Assembly: GCA_902634185.1 (NCBI GenBank)
Contig: CACPJC010000001.1
Coordinates: 64,001 to 128,000 of the forward strand
Length of the DNA: 64,000 bases
Direction of reading: 5' to 3'
Source of the DNA: an uncultured Candidatus Actinomarina sp.
GTDB lineage: Bacteria > Actinomycetota > Acidimicrobiia > Actinomarinales > Actinomarinaceae
Below, piece after piece: positions 40,949 to 49,847 of the stretch. Both the position numbers and the translations under genes were made by a program. Position 1 is the first letter of the stretch. Each line of letters begins with the position of its first letter. The notes below the pieces were generated by a model. It had not been told where the DNA came from. It was given only the letters and a program-made list of their open reading frames with translations, and searched no databases.

Positions 40949-41449
40949 ATTAACTCCAAGTAGCGCTCTTGTCATGTAAGCTGTTGCACCCCATAGGATT
41001 TGGTCTTGAAAATTAAAAATCCAATCATTTTCATAATTTCCTCGATAGATCCAATTATCCGAATTCTCTAAGTCTTCAATTTTAAGAAAATAAATGTCTT
41101 GAACTTCGTTCTCATTAAATCTATCTGGTTTGTCAGAGGTTTCACAAATTATTGGAAAGACTTTAAAAGCATACTCTACAGTATCAACATGATTTAAACT
41201 TCCAAGTGGTTTAATTGATGACTGTTTAATAAAAAGTTCTTCTTCTGCCTCTCTCAGTGCTGTTTCAACAATATTTTTATCTGAATTCTCTTTTTTACCA
41301 CCAGGAAAAGCAATATGACCTTTATGAGTCGGCAAATTTTCCGATCTTTTTATAAATAGGATCTCCTTATCGTCAACTATCAGAATTGCAACAGATGCAT
41401 AATCCTCCGAAAAAGAAGGGTATGGTTGAATTAATTTATCAAATTTCAA
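40940..41449 (-). CDS. Nudix hydrolase, CoA pyrophosphatase type
   Basis: HKGHIAFPGG...ETALREAEEE, ILWGATA. Confidence 0.9.
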   Translation of the reverse strand: MKFDKLIQPYPSFSEDYASVAILIVDDKEILFIKRSENLPTHKGHIAFPGGKKENSDKNIVETALREAEEELFIKQSSIKPLGSLNHVDTVEYAFKVFPIICETSDKPDRFNENEVQDIYFLKIEDLENSDNWIYRGNYENDWIFNFQDQILWGATAYMTRALLGVNLV

Positions 41450-41451
41450 TC

Positions 41452-42183
41452 TTAACCAGAAGATTTTTCAGCAACAAAGTCTATTTCTATTCCGATTGGG
41501 TTTAATACCTCCCATGCATTGAATTTAGTTGGGGCGTCGAAACCAAACCAGGTCGTATCAACTTCAGTTATTCCTGAAATAAAAATATTATCGTCTTGCA
41601 TATATGCTGTAATCGAAAACGGTATATTAACTTCAATGTTTCTTATTGTTAAAACACCAACAACTGTTTCATCTATTTTTGAATCGAAATTATTGTTAGG
41701 CAAAACTAGTTCATCAATTTTATATATTGCACTAGGAAATAATTTTGACTCTAACCATTGATTTTTAATTGCACCATCTCTTATAGAGTTACCACTTTTT
41801 AAAGTGGATAAATCAACTGAAATGAGTAAATTTGAGATAAACAAACATGAATCAGCTTGATCACAATCATCTAAAGTCAATTCGAACCCGCCAACAATTT
41901 CATTGGTTGTGCCCCTGACGATCTCTAAATTTGAGTTTAAAAAGTCTTTTGGTGCAAGATAACTAGCTGTACTTTTTTCTTGGTTTATTGTATATAAATT
42001 ATCACTAAATTTTTCAATTTGCTCAACTTCTACTGTACTGGAGGTATAATTGCTCTCTTCATTTTCTACTTGTGTAGTAGTTACTTCTTCAGACGTTTGA
42101 TTTTCTTGATTTACTGGCTCTGCTTGTTGTGAACAGAATGTAACAAAAATCGCTAAGACTAAATATTTTGTTTTTCGAATCAT
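41452..42183 (-). CDS. YceI-like lipid/polyisoprenoid-binding lipoprotein
   Basis: Signal ending TFC, VDLSTLKSGNSIRD...LES..FP, G.LTIR. Confidence 0.75.
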   Translation of the reverse strand: MIRKTKYLVLAIFVTFCSQQAEPVNQENQTSEEVTTTQVENEESNYTSSTVEVEQIEKFSDNLYTINQEKSTASYLAPKDFLNSNLEIVRGTTNEIVGGFELTLDDCDQADSCLFISNLLISVDLSTLKSGNSIRDGAIKNQWLESKLFPSAIYKIDELVLPNNNFDSKIDETVVGVLTIRNIEVNIPFSITAYMQDDNIFISGITEVDTTWFGFDAPTKFNAWEVLNPIGIEIDFVAEKSSG

Positions 42184-42223
42184 ATACTTTTATTTTAACT
42201 TCTACAAAATGTTAGATTAAATT

Positions 42224-42808
42224 ATGTCGTTGGTTGCAAGAAAATATTTACAAGCAATCCTAGGAATTACTCTAATTGGTGTAGGTGTTGCTTGTAACTA
42301 TACAGCTAATTTAGGCCTTGGTCCTTGGGGTGTTTTCCATGATGGTATCTCGAAAACTATCGGTGTAACTTATGGCCAAGCTGGAATCCTAACTTCTTTG
42401 ATAACACTTTTTTTGTGGATTCCATTAAAACAGAAACCAGGAATTGCTACAGTCTTCGATGCTTTTTGGATAGGCTTAACTGCAGATTTTGTAATAAATA
42501 TAATAAGTTTCCCAAATCAAGTATTTATCCAATATTTAACACTTTTTTTTGGTATTACGCTCATTGGATTAGGAACAGCTATATATGTAGGTGGGGACCT
42601 TGGCGCTGGGCCAAGAGATGGTGTAATGGTTGGGTTAGAACAAAAAGGTCTAAAAATAGGTACTGCAAGAACAATAATTGAAGCTGTTGCTTTTTCATGT
42701 GGCTTTTTACTGGGCGGAAAAATAGGAATTGCGTCAATAATTATTGTATTTTCAGTTGGAAGAGTCGTTCAGTATTTTATTCCATTTTTTGATTTGAGAA
42801 AAAAGTAA
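42224..42808 (+). CDS. YczE/YitT family membrane protein
   Basis: LGLGPWGVFHDGIS, LGAGPRDG, LLGGKIG. Confidence 0.85.
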   Translation: MSLVARKYLQAILGITLIGVGVACNYTANLGLGPWGVFHDGISKTIGVTYGQAGILTSLITLFLWIPLKQKPGIATVFDAFWIGLTADFVINIISFPNQVFIQYLTLFFGITLIGLGTAIYVGGDLGAGPRDGVMVGLEQKGLKIGTARTIIEAVAFSCGFLLGGKIGIASIIIVFSVGRVVQYFIPFFDLRKK

Positions 42809-42849
42809 TATAAATTCATTTCTAAATTTCAATATTATAAACTGAGCTT

Positions 42850-43578
42850 ATGAATCCCGTAAGTTTTGGAACAAAATTAAAAACACTTTTTATGTTTCCA
42901 TTATTCCTAATTATATTTAGCTTTTTAATAATTCTTATAATACTTACGGTCTTTATTCCAAATGGAAAGTTATTAGCTACAAAATATTACAAATTTTTTG
43001 GATGGCTAGGATTAAGAATGGTTGGGATTAATTTAACCGTTTCTGGTTTAGAAAATATTGATACCGACAAAAGTTACGTTGTAGTATCTAATCACCCATC
43101 AACTCTTGATATATTTACCCACATTTATGGGTTACCAATATCTGTAAGATTCCTAACTAAAACTGAACTTTTTCGTATTCCTTTCTTTAGTAGAGTATTA
43201 AAGATTCTGGGTCTTCCAAGAATTGATAGAGGTAGTTCATCATTAGATCTTGATAAAATTAATAATTCGATACAAAGTGTTATAGATGATGGTAATTCAA
43301 TAATGATATTTCCAGAAGGTAAAAGAAGTAATCAAAAAAATCTTTTGGAATTTAAAAAAGGAGCTGCACATATTGCTAAAAAATTCAATTTATCTGTTCT
43401 GCCAGTTGTTACACACAATGCCCATAAATTAATGATTAAAGGTAAAGTTTGGTTTTTATCTGGTGATATACATATGGATGTTTTGAAACCTATTGACGAT
43501 ATACATAAGTATGAAGTTGATGAATTAACAAATCTATTTTTTGAAAAAATAAATGAGGTTTTAACTACGAAGAAATGA
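42850..43578 (+). CDS. plsC: 1-acyl-sn-glycerol-3-phosphate acyltransferase
   Basis: NHPSTLD, IDR, FPEGKRS, FKKGA. Confidence 0.9.
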   Translation: MNPVSFGTKLKTLFMFPLFLIIFSFLIILIILTVFIPNGKLLATKYYKFFGWLGLRMVGINLTVSGLENIDTDKSYVVVSNHPSTLDIFTHIYGLPISVRFLTKTELFRIPFFSRVLKILGLPRIDRGSSSLDLDKINNSIQSVIDDGNSIMIFPEGKRSNQKNLLEFKKGAAHIAKKFNLSVLPVVTHNAHKLMIKGKVWFLSGDIHMDVLKPIDDIHKYEVDELTNLFFEKINEVLTTKK

Positions 43579-44100
43579 TTCTATATAGCTGAAGAAGTCT
43601 TTACTTTTGGAATCATCAGTTAGTAAATCATCAACTTTATCTTCTTCATTAAATAAATAAAAATTTTCGTATACGTTTAATCCATAATTGCTAAGTTGAG
43701 CGCCAAGTAAATTAAATGCATTCTTTGCATTGTTGCCCTTACCGTCAACTGAACTAATAATTGCAACATCCTTATCTTTAAACAATTCATTGTAAGAATA
43801 GTTATCGAAACTTATTGAAAGCCAATCGAGTAAATTTTTCAAATGGGAGACATAACCTCCATTGAAAACAGGACTAAATATTATTATTTTAGAAGTTTCA
43901 ATTAAATCATCTCTTACTTTTATGACATATTCAGGTTGTTCATCATTGTAATCTCGGAGAAAAGGAACATTTTCATAAAAATCATCATATAGATTACAAG
44001 ATATCTCTAAATCACTTAGGTAGCTATTTACGATACCTGCGGCTTTATTATTTTTTGATTCTGGTCTTGTTCCAGCCGATAAAAGCAAAATTTTTGACAT
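43561..44100 (-). CDS. NADPH-dependent FMN reductase family flavoprotein
   Basis: GTRPESKN, SPVFNGG...LKNLLDWLS. Confidence 0.85.
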   Translation of the reverse strand: MSKILLLSAGTRPESKNNKAAGIVNSYLSDLEISCNLYDDFYENVPFLRDYNDEQPEYVIKVRDDLIETSKIIIFSPVFNGGYVSHLKNLLDWLSISFDNYSYNELFKDKDVAIISSVDGKGNNAKNAFNLLGAQLSNYGLNVYENFYLFNEEDKVDDLLTDDSKSKDFFSYIESFLRS

Positions 44101-44130
44101 AGGTTAATTATGTTATAAGATACTTTTTAT

Positions 44131-44463
44131 ATGGATAGTAATGTTGAAAATTTTGCAAACCTAGACATAAGAGTTGGTCAAATTTTATCAGCTGAAGTTT
44201 TTGAAGAGGCAAAAAAACCTGCATACATTTTAAAAATAGATTTTGGAAATGATATAGGTGAAAAAAAAACAAGTGCTCAAATTACAAATTATCAGCTAGA
44301 TGAACTGATTGGAGTTAGATGTATTGGAGTAATCAATCTTGGTGACAAACAAATTGGTCCGATAATTAGTCAATGTTTAATTCTTGGATCGATCAACGAT
44401 AATGGGGATGTTTTACTGCTTCAACCCAGTCCAGAAGCTGATTTAGGTGACAAAGTTTCTTAA
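44131..44463 (+). CDS. csaA: CsaA/Trbp111 tRNA-binding chaperone
   Basis: DIRVG, KPAY.LKIDFG, SAQIT.Y, VINLG.KQIG..S.CLILG. Confidence 0.9.
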   Translation: MDSNVENFANLDIRVGQILSAEVFEEAKKPAYILKIDFGNDIGEKKTSAQITNYQLDELIGVRCIGVINLGDKQIGPIISQCLILGSINDNGDVLLLQPSPEADLGDKVS

Positions 44464-44933
44464 CTAACCAAAGAGTCAAACTTCTCAACATTAAAAGTAC
44501 CGACCCTTTTATAAATTTTATCTCCATGTTTGTCTACAAGAACATATGTTGGTGTATATTTAAGATTATATTTTTCAATAGTCTCAAGATAATCTTTTTT
44601 TGAAGCATTTACGGATACAATTGGTATTTCTTCATGCTTTTTTTTGAATTCATTAACTATGAATTTTGAAGCAGTACAACCTAGTCAATAGTCAGAGTAA
44701 AATTCAATTATTGTATATTCAAAGTTTGAAAAATTATGATTATCAACAACTAAACCTCGCTTTGAATTAAATAAATACAATCCAAAAAAAGAACCTATTA
44801 CAAAAAAACTTAATATATATAGAACGATTGAAGGCTCAAATGCGATAAAAAATATCACTAAGCCAAATATCCAGCCCAAAGGTAAGTAAATAAGGCTGTA
44901 TCTATTGATAAACTTTAAAAGAATTTTTTTCAT
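44460..44933 (-). CDS. Membrane-anchored thioredoxin-fold protein with UxxC motif (probable selenoprotein, in-frame TGA at codon 83)
   Basis: The 82-aa ORF ends IIEFYSDY-TGA. The frame continues LGCTASKFIVNEFKKKHEEIPIVSVNASKKDYLETIEKYNLKYTPTYVLVDKHGDKIYKRVGTFNVEKFDSLVS to TAA at 44460-44462, completing a thioredoxin fold (157 aa). Confidence 0.8.
44647..44665 (-). promoter_or_regulatory. Candidate bacterial SECIS element
   Basis: AAUUCAU-AGUUA-AUGAAUU 7-bp hairpin. Loop follows 26 nt after the UGA, with GU at loop positions 2-3. Confidence 0.6.
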
Positions 44934-44968
44934 ATATTTACATTCTTTTCACAAATTATACTTTAATT

Positions 44969-45379
44969 ATGGATCTGATTAATAAACTCAGAGATAATGG
45001 TAATCGTATTACTGAGTCTAGAAGTACAATTTGTAAAATTCTTGAGGAAGCAGGTCATGAGCATTTTACAGCAGATGAACTATACAAACTAGCCTTAAAC
45101 AGGGTTCAAGACATTGATTTAGCAACCGTATATAGAACACTAGAAATTCTTGAGTCATTAGATCTCGTAGAACATTCACACCAGCAACATGGTTCAGGAA
45201 TTTATTATCTTAAAAACCAAGAAAGAACTGCTCATATAGTTTGTAACAGTTGTAAAAAGATTAAAGACATTTCAAAAAACGTCATCAACGCTGTCGAAAA
45301 AATTATTGCAAAAGAATCAAATTTTAATTTAATTGACAATCATTTCGTGTATGCGGGAGTTTGTAATAAATGTAAATAA
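44969..45379 (+). CDS. Fur-family metal-responsive regulator (Zur/Nur-like)
   Basis: RITESR, HFTADEL, DLATVYRTL, HIVCNSC, C-terminal CNKC. Confidence 0.92.
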   Translation: MDLINKLRDNGNRITESRSTICKILEEAGHEHFTADELYKLALNRVQDIDLATVYRTLEILESLDLVEHSHQQHGSGIYYLKNQERTAHIVCNSCKKIKDISKNVINAVEKIIAKESNFNLIDNHFVYAGVCNKCK

Positions 45380-45386
45380 CTATTTT

Positions 45387-45407
45387 TATTGCAAATTGAT
45401 TGCATTA
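45387..45407. promoter_or_regulatory. Candidate Fur/Zur-type operator
   Basis: Imperfect palindrome TATTGCAAATTGATTGCATTA abutting the -10 box TAAAAT (45406-45411) of the ECF genes. Confidence 0.55.
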
Positions 45408-45417
45408 AAATATTGTC

Positions 45418-46182
45418 ATGTATCCTACAAGCCACCAACATCATTTATCAATTCATGAAAATTCTGAATTAAAGAATATTAAACCCCAGCAAAAAGTATT
45501 AGGTTGCTTTTTAATTGTTTTGTCTATTGCATTTTCTGATGTAAGAGATCTATTTCAAATATTCATGCATATATTTTTAGTTTTTTATATTTTATCACTG
45601 ACAAAAATTCCAACTAAAACTTATTTAAAGAGATTAACTTTAGATATACCTTTTATTTTATTTGCATTATTCCTTCCATTCCTTAGCAGTGAGAATAATG
45701 ACAAAATATTTGAAATTTTTTCATTTAATGTTTATCAAACAGGTGTAAATGATATGTTTACAATTTTATTCAAAGCAACTTTAGGTTTGACCGTTGGAAT
45801 AATTCTTACGGGAGTAACTTCAAGCATGGAAATAATTTATGGTCTCCAAAAATTAAAAATTCCAAATATCATTATTGCGATCATGTCCTTCACGATACGA
45901 TATATTGATGTATTCATTGATGAGTTCAAACGAGTTAAAATTTCAATGGCATCAAGAGGTTATGTTGAAAAAGGTTTAAAAACCTTAATACCTATTGCGT
46001 TTGCATCTGGAGCCCTATTAATTCGAGGATATGAAAGAGGTGAAAGAGTTTATTTATCCATGATATCAAGAGGGTTCAATGGAAATATAGATTTCAAATC
46101 TCGAAATTACGAAATTTCTAACAAATTTAACTTTTGTGTTATTTTATCAATCATAACTTTATTGTTGGACAAGATACTATGA
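45418..46182 (+). CDS. cbiQ: ECF transporter T component, CbiQ/NikQ-like
   Basis: His-rich N-terminus, RYI, SRG x2, RGYERGERVY.SM.SRGF. Confidence 0.85.
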   Translation: MYPTSHQHHLSIHENSELKNIKPQQKVLGCFLIVLSIAFSDVRDLFQIFMHIFLVFYILSLTKIPTKTYLKRLTLDIPFILFALFLPFLSSENNDKIFEIFSFNVYQTGVNDMFTILFKATLGLTVGIILTGVTSSMEIIYGLQKLKIPNIIIAIMSFTIRYIDVFIDEFKRVKISMASRGYVEKGLKTLIPIAFASGALLIRGYERGERVYLSMISRGFNGNIDFKSRNYEISNKFNFCVILSIITLLLDKIL

Positions 46183-46925
46183 CTAAATATTTAGAAGTTA
46201 ATAATTTAAGTTATTCCTATCCAGACGGTCATGAAGCATTAAAAGATATAAGCTTTGATCTTGACAACAAAGAGTCATTGGCAATATTAGGGCCTAATGG
46301 TGCAGGAAAAACTACTTTGATTCTTCACTTAAATGGGATTTTAGGAAATCTAGACAAAGATATAAAAGTAAGTAATTTTGAATACACAGATGAAAATATC
46401 GCAGATATTAGAAAGACTGTAGGTGTGGTTTTTCAAGATCCTGATGATCAATTATTTATGCCAACAGTAATAGAAGATGTTATGTTTGGACCAAAAAATT
46501 TTGGATACAATGATACAGAATCTGAAGAACTTGCAATCGATGCACTAAAACAAGTTAATATGATTGATTTCTTAGATAGACCACCACACCACTTAAGTTA
46601 TGGACAAAAACGTAAAGTTGCTATTGCAAGCGTTTTAGCATCAAAACCAAAATTATTAGTTCTTGATGAGCCAGGATCAAATCTCGATCCATCATCTCGT
46701 AGGGATTTAATTGAAATACTCAATGATCTAGAAGTTTCAAAAATTCTTGTGACCCATGACTTGCCTATGGCATTAGAAATCTGTGAAAGAAGTATTGTTT
46801 TAAATGATGGAAAAATAACTCGTGATGACAATACATTAAATATTTTAAAAGATGAAACTTTTATGAAAAATAATAGACTAGAGCTTCCATATGGATTTGC
46901 ATTTCATCATTTAGGTGAAGAATAA
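46179..46925 (+). CDS. cbiO: ECF transporter ATPase, CbiO/NikO-like
   Basis: GPNGAGKTTL.LHLNG, FQDPDDQLF, LSYGQKRK. ATG at 46179 overlaps cbiQ stop. Confidence 0.88.
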   Translation: MTKYLEVNNLSYSYPDGHEALKDISFDLDNKESLAILGPNGAGKTTLILHLNGILGNLDKDIKVSNFEYTDENIADIRKTVGVVFQDPDDQLFMPTVIEDVMFGPKNFGYNDTESEELAIDALKQVNMIDFLDRPPHHLSYGQKRKVAIASVLASKPKLLVLDEPGSNLDPSSRRDLIEILNDLEVSKILVTHDLPMALEICERSIVLNDGKITRDDNTLNILKDETFMKNNRLELPYGFAFHHLGEE

Positions 46926-47905
46926 GAATTATCCTTTACAAATGAAACAATCTTCTCTCTAGCCTCTTGGGATTCTTGAATTGGAAAAAATTGCCATCCA
47001 TGCCATAAATTTTCCCATGTTTGCAGCTCATAAGGAATATTATTTTTTTCTAACTTTTTACAAAACTCAATTGCGTCATTGTATAGAAGTTCATCAGAAC
47101 AAACTTGGATAAGAGTATTTGGAAATGTTTCAATCTCTGCAAAAACTGGAGACAAAATCGGATTTGTAACTCCATATTCTCCAGCATAATATTCGCCAAT
47201 ATTTTTAACACCATCTATTGCCAATAAGATATCTTTGTTTTTAAGATATTTTCTATCTTTATTCTCATCTGATAAATCTAACCAGGGTGACATTAGAATT
47301 AATTTATCAGGGCTTATATCAAATGTTTTATCAACCAATATACCGGTAGCTAGTCCACCTCCTGCTGAGTCTCCCATCCAAATTGTTTGTTTACTAGTTT
47401 CAAGTTTACTTATGATTTCAACAGCTTTTTTTGCATCTTCGTGTGCTGCAGGAAATAAAAATTCTGGAGTTAATGAGTATTCAAAGTAATACATTGGAAT
47501 CTGAAGCTCATAAGTAAATTGAGAAACAATATTTTTGTATGCTGTAATGCTTCCGTTGTAATATCCACCTCCATGAAAATAAATCCCGAAAGTATCCTCC
47601 TGAGAATTGTTAGGAGTAAATTTATAAATATCCATCTCACTGGTAGCAATTTTCTCAAAATGAACATTGTCATTAAATTTATTTAATCTTGAACCTGTAT
47701 AGTCATAACCTATTCTGGCAGTCCTGGCGAAATCAATTCTATCCTGAAACGACTGTTGACTTTTTGGTTTATTTAGTAGAACTTTATCTTTTAACTTTCT
47801 GATTGGAAGAATATTTTTATAAAGTTGTGTTCTTAATCCAATAGGAAGACTTGGAATATAATCAAGCGTAAACTTTTCCAAAATTTTTAATAATATATTT
47901 ATCAC
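46907..47905 (-). CDS. Alpha/beta hydrolase, HSL-family esterase
   Basis: YFHGGGY, MGDSAGGGL, SPWLD, C-terminal WH.WQ. Confidence 0.9.
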   Translation of the reverse strand: MINILLKILEKFTLDYIPSLPIGLRTQLYKNILPIRKLKDKVLLNKPKSQQSFQDRIDFARTARIGYDYTGSRLNKFNDNVHFEKIATSEMDIYKFTPNNSQEDTFGIYFHGGGYYNGSITAYKNIVSQFTYELQIPMYYFEYSLTPEFLFPAAHEDAKKAVEIISKLETSKQTIWMGDSAGGGLATGILVDKTFDISPDKLILMSPWLDLSDENKDRKYLKNKDILLAIDGVKNIGEYYAGEYGVTNPILSPVFAEIETFPNTLIQVCSDELLYNDAIEFCKKLEKNNIPYELQTWENLWHGWQFFPIQESQEAREKIVSFVKDNSYSSPK

Positions 47906-47956
47906 ATATCAATTATACAATTTTTCAAGAATGAATAAATACCTATAATAGTTTCT

Positions 47957-49042
47957 ATGCAAGAAGTAAATGGTTCAATTGCAATACTTGGTTCTGGAGA
48001 AACAAGTCCTAATTTAGTTTCTGTGCATAGAAATTTGATAAATAAAATTGATGGTGAAGTAATTGCTTCCTTAATAGATACGCCTTTTGGATTTCAAGAA
48101 AATGCTGATCAGTTAGTTGATAAATTGATTGAATTTTATGATGTAAGTCTAAATTTAGAAATAAACTTGGCTAGCTTTAGAAATAAAAAGTATTTTAAAT
48201 CGGTTGAATACTTTGAGTTTTTAAAAAAAATTCAAAGTTCAAATTTTATATTTTCAGGACCAGGTAGTCCAAGCTACGCAACAAAAAATTGGATAGATAC
48301 AGATGTACCAGAAATTTTTAAGGAGAGACTTTGCTCTGGAAGTAGCTTAATATTTGCCAGTGCAGCAGCATCGACTTTAGGTATTAGAACAATTCCAGTC
48401 TATGAAATATACAAGGTTGGGATTGACCCCTACTGGGAGAAAGGTATAAATCTTCTTGAAGTTTTTGATATTGATTGTGTAGTTGTTCCACACTTTAATA
48501 ATAAAGAAGGTGGAAACCATGACACAAGCATAAGTTATCTTGGTGCTAAAAGAATGGAGATTCTACAAGAGATTCAACCAACTAATATATTAGGTATTGA
48601 TGAGCATACGGCTCTAATAATTGATGCAAAAGAAAACCTTTTTGAAGTTGAAGGGTTAGGACAAGTCACTGTCATTAATCAAAATGAAACTCAAAACTTT
48701 AAGAATGGAGAAAAATATAGTTTAGATTATCTCAGAAAGTTATTAGAAAATACTGAAACAAAATCAATTAAAGAAAGTGCTGACAATGATCAAAATTCTC
48801 AAGATGAACAAATTGAAGATGTTTTAAGAAAAGAAATAGCTGAGTTAAGACTGGAAATTGAAAAGAATAATAAAAATTCAGAAAATATAAATAATTTAAT
48901 CAATAAATTAATTTCTTATCGGATAGAACTTAGATCATCTCAAAAATATGAAGAATCAGATATCGTCAGAGATTTTCTCACAGAATCAAATATAGAAATT
49001 GAGGATGATAAGAATTCATCTAGCTGGAAGTTTAAAGATTAA
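47957..49042 (+). CDS. Peptidase S51/cyanophycinase-like domain fused to a CysS-type C-terminal domain
   Basis: GSGET, FSGPGSP, ASAAA, VPHFNN, GIDEHTA; coiled coil; C-terminal R..LR....YEESDIVRD.L....IEIED.....WK. Confidence 0.7.
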   Translation: MQEVNGSIAILGSGETSPNLVSVHRNLINKIDGEVIASLIDTPFGFQENADQLVDKLIEFYDVSLNLEINLASFRNKKYFKSVEYFEFLKKIQSSNFIFSGPGSPSYATKNWIDTDVPEIFKERLCSGSSLIFASAAASTLGIRTIPVYEIYKVGIDPYWEKGINLLEVFDIDCVVVPHFNNKEGGNHDTSISYLGAKRMEILQEIQPTNILGIDEHTALIIDAKENLFEVEGLGQVTVINQNETQNFKNGEKYSLDYLRKLLENTETKSIKESADNDQNSQDEQIEDVLRKEIAELRLEIEKNNKNSENINNLINKLISYRIELRSSQKYEESDIVRDFLTESNIEIEDDKNSSSWKFKD

Positions 49043-49847
49043 TTGATCCGTATTCACCCAAAATTTTAAATTCTTTGGCTACTTGGCTAAGATTATCCAT
49101 TAAAAGTTGGTCAATTTTTTTGTCAGTATTCTGATAATCTACGTAAAACTTGTATTCCCAAGGAGACCCCAGAATTGGTCTTGATTCTAATTTTATAAGA
49201 TTTAATTTTAGAACATCGAAGACAGTTAAAGCCTTAAGTAAGGAACCAGGCTCATCCGCTGCTACAAGAATTGCAGAGCGAATATTTTTTTCTTCAGAAA
49301 TTTCAAATGGTTTTATTCCTGTTAAAAAAAATCTTGTGTAATTTTCTTCGTGATTAGATATATTTTTCTCAATTATTGTAAACCTTTCATCATTAGCAAA
49401 ATGATCACCTGCTATAGCCCCAATATCAATTGATTTAGTCTCTAATAAGCTAATTACACTTCCTGCAGTATCAAACACTGGTTGTAGTTCAACATCTAAA
49501 TCATTTAAATATTTACTACATTGTTGGAGTGCTTGTGGATGAGATATAACTTTTTTTATATCTTCTTTTTTTGTTCCTTTAATACCAATTAGGGCATGGT
49601 TTATCTTCTTTTTTATCTCTAAATATATTTCTAAATTGTGTTCAATTAAACTTTCATAAGCTTCTATTACTGTTCCAACAAGAGAATTTTCAACTGGTAA
49701 AAGCCCAAATCCTTCTTGAGTCGTATTTTTAGAAACCTCTTGAAAGGTTTTGCAAGAGACTAATTCGTAATCTGGAAATAATTCTAATAATACAGATTCA
49801 GAGTATGAGCCTTTTGATCCCTGGTAAAAAATTTTTTCATTTTTCAT
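49032..49847 (-). CDS. pheA: Prephenate dehydratase with ACT domain
   Basis: QGSKGSYSE, LPVENS, SHPQAL.QC, NYTRF, ESRP. Confidence 0.95.
   Translation of the reverse strand: MKNEKIFYQGSKGSYSESVLLELFPDYELVSCKTFQEVSKNTTQEGFGLLPVENSLVGTVIEAYESLIEHNLEIYLEIKKKINHALIGIKGTKKEDIKKVISHPQALQQCSKYLNDLDVELQPVFDTAGSVISLLETKSIDIGAIAGDHFANDERFTIIEKNISNHEENYTRFFLTGIKPFEISEEKNIRSAILVAADEPGSLLKALTVFDVLKLNLIKLESRPILGSPWEYKFYVDYQNTDKKIDQLLMDNLSQVAKEFKILGEYGSINL

Noticed and set aside
44685-44687. Genome-wide TGA-to-Trp recoding as the explanation of the in-frame TGA
   Set aside because: TGA ends many clearly complete genes here (plsY, sdhD, tyrA, pcrA, alr), often in ATGA overlaps, and Trp is encoded by TGG.
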